Source: an uncultured Christensenellaceae bacterium
Lineage (GTDB): Bacteria > Bacillota > Clostridia > Christensenellales > UBA3700
DNA: 64,000 bases
Reading direction: 5' to 3'
NCBI GenBank assembly: GCA_944380305.1
Contig: CALWHF010000002.1
Location: forward strand, 14,877-78,876
The position numbers and the translations under genes are program-made. Under the pieces are notes generated by a model. That model was not told the DNA's origin, did no database searches, and worked only from the letters and a program-made list of their open reading frames with translations. Shown one piece after another: positions 57,666 to 64,000 of the stretch. The stretch's first letter is position 1. Every line of letters starts with the position of its first letter.

Positions 57666-58112
57666 TCAGTTATATTTTATCTTGAATACGGCTTTTTTGA
57701 CTTTTGTGCAATCCGTGCTTTCGTCGCGTATGCTCGGGGCGTGCCCCTCACCAGGCATGAACATGCACCAGTCTCCTTTTTTCATCGTCAGGCACGCGAC
57801 AGGTCCCCTCCATATCGCTATGTCCTTTTCGGCTGAATACGGGACTTCTTCTTCGAGCTTCCCGACAGGCACTCCCATGAGCTCTTCCCCGTCGAGGATC
57901 AGTTGGATGTCGGCATAATCCGCGTGCGTTTCCGACGTCGCGCCCCGACCGTCTCTCGGCTCGTAAGTCATGACGTTGACGTACACGCCGTCCGCGAGAT
58001 CGGTCCTGCCTACGGGCGTATCCACGCCCATGGTCCTTGCCTTTGCGATACATACGGCGACTTTTTCGTCAAGGTCGTCGTAAAACGTATCCGATAGTTT
58101 CGAATATATCAT
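57666..58112 (-). CDS. YhcH/YjgK/YiaL-family protein (sialic-acid anomerase-type cupin)
   Basis: 148 aa. GVYVNVMTYEP...ETHADYADIQLILDGEE...F.PGEGHAP is typical of the DUF386/YhcH family. Confidence 0.7.
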   Translation of the reverse strand: MIYSKLSDTFYDDLDEKVAVCIAKARTMGVDTPVGRTDLADGVYVNVMTYEPRDGRGATSETHADYADIQLILDGEELMGVPVGKLEEEVPYSAEKDIAIWRGPVACLTMKKGDWCMFMPGEGHAPSIRDESTDCTKVKKAVFKIKYN

Positions 58113-58120
58113 ATTTCTCC

Positions 58121-59236
58121 TTATTCTTCGGGCGCGAAAGTAGCTTCGAGCCTCTCGGTAAAGCGTTGCACGTCGTCCATGTTGTCGAACCTGTATGCGA
58201 CGTACTCCGTCTTAGAATTCTGTATCGTGCAGATGAATTTCTTTTCGTCGTCGTAGTCGTACTGCGGCAGATTCGCGTCCTTGAGTATCGCCATCACTAC
58301 CGCCTGCTCCCTCGGCAGGAACATTATCTTCGCATACGTCACGTTGCCGACGCGGTAGCTGTACGAACCTTGCAGCTGCTCGACCTCTTTTACGACGTTC
58401 GCGCAGTCGTCGAGGACCGTGATGAGGCTCGGTACGATCTCGCATAGAGCCTCGGCGACTTTGAGGTATCTCTCGCCCCATTCTTCCGTATTGAAACCGC
58501 GCAGATTTCTCACTTTAGAATATGCTATGTCGCTTTCTCCGTTGACGTCTCCCTCTGTCAGCATAAGTCTCGAAGGCAGAGCGAACGCCCCTTCGTTCTC
58601 GTCCACGATACCGCCCGCTATGAGCTTGCGGTACGTCAAAAATCCGAAATTAAGTCTTTCTTTGTACCAGGTCTCTCCTATCAGCTCGGGGAGCACGGGA
58701 TCGTCGTCGAAAGGCGGCTTATCCAGATACTTGTCCCCCGTCAGAGCCACGAAGTAATATCCCGCGGCGTTTGCGAGAGTCTCTCTGCAATATGTGACCA
58801 GCCTGCCTTTGTTGAGTTTTCTCAGCTTATCGCCTGCGGGCGGCAGCTTGACCTCGACAATGCGCAGATAGTCCTTCGGATTGCATTTCAAAGCTTCTTT
58901 GAATCTCCATTTGAGCGCGAGCTGTACGTTGAGGCAGCTTGCGTCGGCATAGCTCTCTTTTGTAGTTACCGCATTCTTGTATTCCACGACTTTCGCCTCG
59001 GTGAATACGACGTATTTCGCATCGGCGGTATATGCGATCATTATGAGATCTGGGCTGCCGAATTCGCCCAAAGAAAACTCCACGAGATAATCGCACTTTA
59101 TCACATCGTCGATAAAAGACGGCGTTTCGCCGACCCATTGGATTTGTTTGAGCAGCGCGTTCGGAGCCTTGTCTGCGCTGTCTAAAAGTATGGCGTTTAC
59201 CAGACCTCTTTCCCCGTACAGATAGACGTTGTCCAT
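58121..59236 (-). CDS. hypothetical protein with an N-terminal PD-(D/E)xK nuclease-like motif (371 aa)
   Basis: Strong RBS AAGGAGG. YGERGLVNA (helix Glu) .. FGSPDLIMIAYTADAKYVVFTEAKV gives D-x17-E-x-K in a strand-strand context. I do not recognise the remaining ~250 aa. Its stop is 8 nt before the YhcH-family start. Confidence 0.55.
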   Translation of the reverse strand: MDNVYLYGERGLVNAILLDSADKAPNALLKQIQWVGETPSFIDDVIKCDYLVEFSLGEFGSPDLIMIAYTADAKYVVFTEAKVVEYKNAVTTKESYADASCLNVQLALKWRFKEALKCNPKDYLRIVEVKLPPAGDKLRKLNKGRLVTYCRETLANAAGYYFVALTGDKYLDKPPFDDDPVLPELIGETWYKERLNFGFLTYRKLIAGGIVDENEGAFALPSRLMLTEGDVNGESDIAYSKVRNLRGFNTEEWGERYLKVAEALCEIVPSLITVLDDCANVVKEVEQLQGSYSYRVGNVTYAKIMFLPREQAVVMAILKDANLPQYDYDDEKKFICTIQNSKTEYVAYRFDNMDDVQRFTERLEATFAPEE

Positions 59237-59414
59237 AATTTCCTCCTTTGCAACATCCGTTGCTCCTTTCTATTTTAATTAGACCCCTAAAACCGCTTTT
59301 TGTCAATAGCGAATTTCAGAATTTTACATATTTTTACATTGCGCGGGCGCGCGCGCAGACGTTGCCGTACAGGTTTTCCACCGCGTTCCGGGCATAGCGA
59401 AATGCGCATTTTGC

Positions 59415-59446
59415 AAAGAAAGAGCCGCCCATTTCGGGACGGCTCT
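59415..59446 (-). terminator. intrinsic terminator of the GH29 gene
   Basis: Minus-strand stem AGAGCCGTCCC / GGGCGGCTCT (one mismatch), followed by TTCTTT. Confidence 0.6.
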
Positions 59447-59481
59447 TATATACGAATCGTTTAAGATCTCTTTATCCGACG

Positions 59482-61059
59482 TCATCTCGCATACAGCTCT
59501 ACGCTTCTGAGTACGGGAACGCTTCTAGACTGTTTGACGACGATTCTGACGACGTCGCTCTCGGGTGCGTTCTCGAACATCAGTATCCTTCTGTTGCCTA
59601 TGACCGTGCTGTCTCCGATGAGCTTCCATTTTCCTTGCGACCTGACCCATACTTCGAACTGCTCCACTCTCTGCGAACTTCTCAGATCCTCTCTGAGATC
59701 GATCCTGTACAGCGACGAGGGTTCTTCGAGGTAAAAATCGAGTATGTATTCCGAAGAAGCGAACTTGTAGCCGTCCCTTTCGTTATCGAGCAGATTGTAA
59801 AGCTCTTGTTTTTCCGTCATCGCGTCGTTGTCTCCGACCTCGATCTTCGAGACGTTCAGTTTGTTCGCGGTGGTCGCCGCGATCGCCTCTCCGAACTTCT
59901 TGAGGGCTTTCACGTCCTTATCCGCAATGAGCCCGTCCTTGTTGGGAGGTATGTTGAGCAGAAGGCTGCTGTTGCCGCCGACAGAAGTGAAATATATCTG
60001 AAGGAGCTGATCGAGACTCTTCGGGCTCTGATACCAGTGATAGAACCAGTTCTTTCTTATGCTGACGTCAACTTCGGCGGGATAGAACGCGAGATCCTTA
60101 TAGTTTTCGAGAAGTTCTCTGCTGCCTCTGTCTTCCGCCTCATCGCTTACGGTCTGGAGATTAGCCGCATCCCCCTCGCTGGTCTGGAAATGCTCGCTTG
60201 CGGCGTTGGACATGCTGACTACGCTCCACTCGCTCTCTCTCGCAATGCCAGCCTCGTTGCCTACCCACCTTACGTCGCTGCCCTTGATCGCGGTGACGCA
60301 ACCGGGCTGAAGATCGTTTATCAGCTGCTCGTAGCCCTCCATATCGTATTCGAAATCGGGATCGAGCTCAGCATCTTTTCCGAGCGCGCCGTCCATCCAC
60401 ACGCAGAATATCTCGCCGTAGTCCCCGCACAGCAGTTCTCTGAGCTGAGCTTTGTAGAAATCGTTATATTCGTTGGTGCCGTAACATTCGGCATTCATAT
60501 CCCACGGTGACAGATATATGCCGAATTTGAGCCCGTATTTCTTGCAGCTCTCTGACAGTTCCTTGACGATGTCGCCTTTGCCGTCTTTATAGGGGCTGTA
60601 CGCAATGCTGTGCTTCGTGGTCTTTGTCTGCCACAGGCAGAAACCGTCGTGGTGTTTAGCCGTTAAGATCACGCCTTTGCTGCCCGATGCCTTGAGCACT
60701 TCGCACCATTGATCCGTATCCAGTTTTTCCGGGTTGAAATCGGACGGAGACTCTTTTCCCGTGCCCCATTCCTTGCCCGTCATCGTGTTCATGCCGAAAT
60801 GTATGAAATTGTAATATTCCAGTTCGAGATAATCCAGCTGCTTTTCGGAAGGAAGAACGCTTATCAGCCTGTCGACTTCTTCGCTTTCCTTATCGTATCC
60901 GTTGTTGTAATTGCCGCAACCCTCGAGGAACTCCTCTCCTTCGGCATAGGTCTTTTCGGGCACTTCGTAGTAGTTATATTTTTTATTGCAGCCCGCAAAC
61001 GAAAACAATGTACACATAACGACTCCTACAACGGTAAATACCGTCAGTATTTTTTTCAT
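59482..61059 (-). CDS. alpha-L-fucosidase (GH29) lipoprotein with a C-terminal F5/8 type C (discoidin) domain
   Basis: Start at MKKILTVF (ATG 61057-61059, RBS GGAGGA); lipobox SFAGC. FIHFGMNT and TAKHHDGFCLWQT are GH29 blocks. The C-terminal ~130 aa is discoidin-like. Confidence 0.85.
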   Translation of the reverse strand: MKKILTVFTVVGVVMCTLFSFAGCNKKYNYYEVPEKTYAEGEEFLEGCGNYNNGYDKESEEVDRLISVLPSEKQLDYLELEYYNFIHFGMNTMTGKEWGTGKESPSDFNPEKLDTDQWCEVLKASGSKGVILTAKHHDGFCLWQTKTTKHSIAYSPYKDGKGDIVKELSESCKKYGLKFGIYLSPWDMNAECYGTNEYNDFYKAQLRELLCGDYGEIFCVWMDGALGKDAELDPDFEYDMEGYEQLINDLQPGCVTAIKGSDVRWVGNEAGIARESEWSVVSMSNAASEHFQTSEGDAANLQTVSDEAEDRGSRELLENYKDLAFYPAEVDVSIRKNWFYHWYQSPKSLDQLLQIYFTSVGGNSSLLLNIPPNKDGLIADKDVKALKKFGEAIAATTANKLNVSKIEVGDNDAMTEKQELYNLLDNERDGYKFASSEYILDFYLEEPSSLYRIDLREDLRSSQRVEQFEVWVRSQGKWKLIGDSTVIGNRRILMFENAPESDVVRIVVKQSRSVPVLRSVELYAR

Positions 61060-61144
61060 ATATATCCTCCCGCTCGGGCGTATTCTCATTTCATCCGTGC
61101 CCGTTATACGTTCTCGAATCATACCTTCAAAGTCTTATCGACCT

Positions 61145-61837
61145 TTATTGCTTAAAAAGCGCGGTTATTCCCCGATTTTGCCTGTGTCCGTTGCCTCCCT
61201 TGACGGTAAAAAGCAGATTCGCAAGCAACGGAAACAACGCGTTGATAATCGACGGCCCCGGCGAAAACACCGTCGTGCCCACGCTCATTATCACCGTGCG
61301 TTCTTCGGGGCTGGGCGAAATGACCTGCATTATCGAGGTAAACGCCAGCGTATACAGTTGCATGAAAAACTGCATCAGATTGAAAAGCACGGTATATACT
61401 ATCACGACCGCAAGCATTTCGCTGCCGTTCATTATTTCGGGGATCCACCCCATGAGGATTATCAATACCGTACACGGCAGCGGCATCCATATCAGATAAG
61501 GTCTGAATTTGCCGTATTTCGTATTCGTGTTGTCAACGAGATAACTGTTCAGAGGCGATCTCAGAATAGTGACGACGCTCGTCACGATACCGACCCACAT
61601 TATGGTATCGTTGCTCAGATTTAGCGCGGCTGCGACGTAAATTCCGTATGTAAGAGTGAGGAAAGTAGGGACCATCGTCGCGGCGTTGATACCTATGCCG
61701 CTTATGCAATATGCGGTAGCCTCTTTGAAAGAAAGATACCTGTTTTTAGGAGCTTTGTTCCAATACGTCCTGACGTACTTACACGCCCCGCGTATCTTGA
61801 CGCCCAGCGTGTCGACGCTTTGCTTGAAATTCCCCAT
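61145..61837 (-). pseudogene. N-terminal half of a GPH-family glycoside/cation symporter (truncated after ~6 TM)
   Basis: GKFRPYLIWMPLP matches the GPH loop 2-3 motif. The ORF is 230 aa whereas such transporters normally have 12 TM. Only 85 nt separate its stop from the next gene, and no frame there encodes the missing half. Confidence 0.45.
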
Positions 61838-61988
61838 AATTTCTCTCCCATTGCGTAAATCCGCTTTTTAATTATAATATATCTGCCCGTTCAAGTCAAC
61901 AGTAAAAGCAAAGCCCGCTTCTTCTCCGCCGTCATATGCTCTTTTGCCTTCCCGAAAACAAAATTTTTACCTAAAAACAGAAAATCGG

Positions 61989-62017
61989 TTTACATTTTGA
62001 AATAATTGTGCTATATT
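61989..62017 (+). promoter_or_regulatory. extended -10 sigma-70 promoter of tRNA-Ala
   Basis: TTTACA (61989-61994), a 17-nt spacer containing TG at 62009-62010, TATATT (62012-62017). The tRNA starts 12 nt downstream. Confidence 0.6.
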
Positions 62018-62028
62018 CAATCGTGCTT

Positions 62029-62104
<76 letters not shown>

Positions 62105-62107
62105 TAC

Positions 62108-62142
62108 GCAAACAAAGTCGAACCTGATTTTGTTTGCTTTTT
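62108..62142 (+). terminator. intrinsic terminator of tRNA-Ala
   Basis: Stem GCAAACAAA / TTTGTTTGC, followed by a T5 run. Confidence 0.7.
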
Positions 62143-62166
62143 CTTTTATCCCCTTTTCACAGGCAC

Positions 62167-62200
62167 AGAAAAAGGCAATCCGAAATATCTCGGGTTGCCT
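62167..62200 (-). terminator. intrinsic terminator of the Fic / NTase-like transcription unit
   Basis: Minus-strand stem AGGCAACCCGA / TCGGATTGCCT (one mismatch), followed by a T5 run. Confidence 0.65.
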
Positions 62201-62257
62201 TATTATTTACTGCTCGGATATTATATCTTTTAGACTTTATCTTTTATCGCATTATAT

Positions 62258-62560
62258 TTATTCTGTATTCGTTACTGTCAGAACAGATGTCGAATCACTC
62301 GTTCCACTATATTCTTCCACATCTTCTTTCAACACAATATCAAAAGCATGACGGATAATATCCTTCAATCGCTTTGGATCGTCTACAAGTCCCTGCTTAT
62401 CCTTCTGAATAATAATATTGTAATCAAGATCAAAGGCTTCGTCTCCGTTTTGAGTTACCAACCTCTTTCCTCCGCTACCGATAAGATTAAAGCTGAACGT
62501 AACGTATTCTTTGACCTCTTTCTGCACTTCATTGATAATGCCGTCACACCATTTCGTCAA
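62258..62560 (-). CDS. mini nucleotidyltransferase-fold ORF (100 aa), possibly a gene fragment
   Basis: LIGSGGKRLVTQNGDEAFDLDYNIII fits the Pol-beta-type hG[GS]x9-13DxD pattern. The start is TTG (62558-62560) with no convincing RBS. The ORF is A/T-rich. Confidence 0.35.
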   Translation of the reverse strand: MTKWCDGIINEVQKEVKEYVTFSFNLIGSGGKRLVTQNGDEAFDLDYNIIIQKDKQGLVDDPKRLKDIIRHAFDIVLKEDVEEYSGTSDSTSVLTVTNTE

Positions 62561-62606
62561 TGCTCTAACGTCTTTTTGATTTGCAAATTTATACCTTTTC
62601 CCCTCC

Positions 62607-63593
62607 TTAAATTTTGAAATATCTCTGATTCCTGCTTGTCGGTTTGTCGGGCTCGGTCATTCCGATTAGACCCGCTTCTATCGCTGGCGCGAGATAGTGT
62701 TTTCTGAAGCCGTCTCTCGATTTCAGTCCCAGCTTGTCCATGAGTTCTTTTGCGGTCATCGGGTAACTTTGCAGAACCCCGAGCAATGCGGAAACCTGTG
62801 TGCTGATATGGTTCTGATGTTCGTGCGTTTCGTGCAGTATATCGCTGACTGCGTTCAGAATAGTGTTGAGCATAAACACTATAAACGCGTTGGACTTCCC
62901 TTGACTTGTCGATATTTTTATCGCCTTGTAATACTCTTCCTGATGGTCTTTTATTATGCTTTCTATCGGTATCCATGCAAATATCGGCTTCCAGCTTGCA
63001 AGTAAAGCAGTCTGCCACAGCCTGCCCATTCTGCCGTTGCCGTCGCAAAACGGATGTATAAACTCGAATTCGTAGTGAAACACGCTGGATTTTATAAGCA
63101 TATTCACTTTGCTTTCTTTGAGCCACGCAAAAAGCTGATCGACAAGCGGACTCACCATATCGTGCGGCGGGGCGACGTGTATGACCTCGCCGTTCTGATT
63201 GTAAACGCCCACTTGCGTGGAGCGCAGTTTGCCACACTCTCTGACAAGCCCGTTCATCATGATCTTGTGTATTCTCAACAGGTCTTCGACGCTGTACGGG
63301 TCGATATTGTCAATCTCCTTGTATGCGTCGAAAGCGTTTTTAACCGCGCAAACGTCTTCTTCGGGAGCCAGCACCCTCTTGCCGTTGAGTACCTGCGTTA
63401 CCTGTTGCATAGTCAGCGTATTGTTTTCGATCGCAAGCGAAGAGTGTACCGACTTAATGCGCGACACCTTGCGAAGTCGCGGCAATCTTTCAAGATCGTT
63501 TACGCTGTCAAGCCTGCCGATCTTCTCCATTATCTGTGCCGTCAAATCGAGCATTTCGTCTGTCAGATCGTACGGCGGAATATATTTATCCAT
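62607..63593 (-). CDS. Fic-family protein (class II, with N-terminal autoinhibitory helix and C-terminal wHTH-like tail)
   Basis: The catalytic motif HPFCDGNGRMGR fits HxFx(D/E)GNGRxxR. The N-terminal SLAIEN fits the (S/T)xxxE(G/N) inhibitory motif. RBS is AAGGAGA. Confidence 0.9.
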   Translation of the reverse strand: MDKYIPPYDLTDEMLDLTAQIMEKIGRLDSVNDLERLPRLRKVSRIKSVHSSLAIENNTLTMQQVTQVLNGKRVLAPEEDVCAVKNAFDAYKEIDNIDPYSVEDLLRIHKIMMNGLVRECGKLRSTQVGVYNQNGEVIHVAPPHDMVSPLVDQLFAWLKESKVNMLIKSSVFHYEFEFIHPFCDGNGRMGRLWQTALLASWKPIFAWIPIESIIKDHQEEYYKAIKISTSQGKSNAFIVFMLNTILNAVSDILHETHEHQNHISTQVSALLGVLQSYPMTAKELMDKLGLKSRDGFRKHYLAPAIEAGLIGMTEPDKPTSRNQRYFKI

Positions 63594-63613
63594 GCATTTT
63601 CTCCTTAATTTGT

Positions 63614-63642
63614 ATTATACCCCACCCTTATCAGCATGTCAA
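63614..63642 (-). promoter_or_regulatory. consensus sigma-70 promoter of the Fic gene
   Basis: On the minus strand: TTGACA, a 17-nt spacer, TATAAT, about 20 nt upstream of the RBS. Confidence 0.65.
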
Positions 63643-63673
63643 TATCTTGCATATTATCTTGCGCATTATCTTG
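63638..63673. repeat. three tandem 12-nt direct repeats overlapping the -35 box of the Fic promoter
   Basis: Plus-strand units are GTCAATATCTTG, CATATTATCTTG and CGCATTATCTTG (minus sense CAAGATAATNNG x3). Confidence 0.6.
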
Positions 63674-63707
63674 ATACGTTAAGCGATAAAAATAGCCGAG
63701 CTAAACT

Positions 63708-63736
63708 GTTCGACTTTGTGTAAATACGCTCCACCA
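63708..63736 (+). repeat. fragment resembling the T-loop-to-CCA end of tRNA-Ala
   Basis: GTTCGACT..CTCCACCA (63708-63715 and 63729-63736) compares with GTTCGACTCCCCTTATCTCCACCA in the tRNA (62081-62104). The 13 nt between the two shared words differ. Confidence 0.3.
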
Positions 63737-63744
63737 AGACAGCA

Positions 63745-63780
63745 AATCGGCACCTGAAACGGCGCCGATTTTGTTTGTTT
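63745..63780 (+). terminator. plus-strand intrinsic terminator with no plus-strand gene upstream
   Basis: Stem AATCGGC / GCCGATT, followed by TTTTGTTTGTTT. Its 3' half GATTTTGTTTG is identical to the 3' half of the tRNA-Ala terminator (62126-62136). Confidence 0.5.
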
Positions 63781-63890
63781 TGGAGAGATAGGGGCAGGCG
63801 ACCCCGTTATTTATAACGGGTTCGGCGCGGCAATACCGTCATCGTCAGTCGCAATAAATCCCGATGCCGCGGTTTTCGTCGCCAGACGAA

Positions 63891-63906
63891 ACTCCCCTTA
63901 TTCCGC
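63891..63906 (+). repeat. second tRNA-Ala 3'-end-like fragment
   Basis: ACTCCCCTTATTCCGC compared with tRNA 62086-62101 ACTCCCCTTATCTCCA. There is an exact 11-mer match, and TCC then matches again if a 1-nt gap is allowed. Confidence 0.3.
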
Positions 63907-64000
63907 TTTTTATACATTTGTAGAGCTAATTGAGAGAACTTTGTTTTGTCCTACACGACCGGTTCGCTCAAATAAATAGGTTTCGATACGCGCAAACACT

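Noticed and set aside
62105-63906. Prophage or intact integrative element at tRNA-Ala
   Set aside because: No integrase, excisionase, or phage structural or replication genes are present in the window, and the flanking repeats are short and imperfect. It is reported only as a possible decayed islet.

Overview
This 64-kb window looks like a chromosomal segment from a moderately GC-rich Gram-positive anaerobe. The gene content is Clostridia-like: ECF-transporter ATPases, pyruvate:ferredoxin oxidoreductase, meso-DAP dehydrogenase, a GLUG-repeat surface lipoprotein and many glycoside hydrolases. I support about 50 protein genes, one tRNA-Ala(CGC) and a set of intrinsic terminators and near-consensus sigma-70 promoters. 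I found no rRNA, no CRISPR array and no intact transposase or integrase. Housekeeping genes include ecfA1/ecfA2, PFOR, an XRE-cupin regulator with potABCD, plsC, rho, prs, a CobB-type sirtuin, ybaK, an M29 aminopeptidase, a guaA variant and ddh. A large share of the window is glycan catabolism (GH3, GH30, GH28, GH95-like, GH33 sialidase, GH29 fucosidase, YhcH-family protein, ROK kinase, mutarotase, PfkB kinase). Four regions look accessory or unusual. (1) A self-promoted, A/T-richer gene at 6094-7218 encodes a GNAT-fold/TIR-domain fusion behind 0.8 kb of repeat-bearing ORF-free DNA; this is my best candidate for an undescribed immune module. (2) An orphan 371-aa protein at 58121-59236 carries an N-terminal PD-(D/E)xK nuclease motif and appears co-transcribed with a YhcH-family gene. 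(3) A small islet 3' of tRNA-Ala carries a class-II Fic gene and a mini nucleotidyltransferase-fold ORF, and is followed by tRNA-3'-end-like fragments. (4) A ~160-nt element at 22532-22691 is closed by a perfect 19-bp inverted repeat between convergent genes. Several proteins have atypical architectures: guaA with a decayed glutaminase domain, potA with an insertion and an extra C-terminal domain, a sialidase with a polytopic N-terminus, and a shikimate-kinase-like protein without a P-loop. Most other long ORFs in the track are antisense shadows of real genes. All family assignments come from motifs read by eye; no database search was run.
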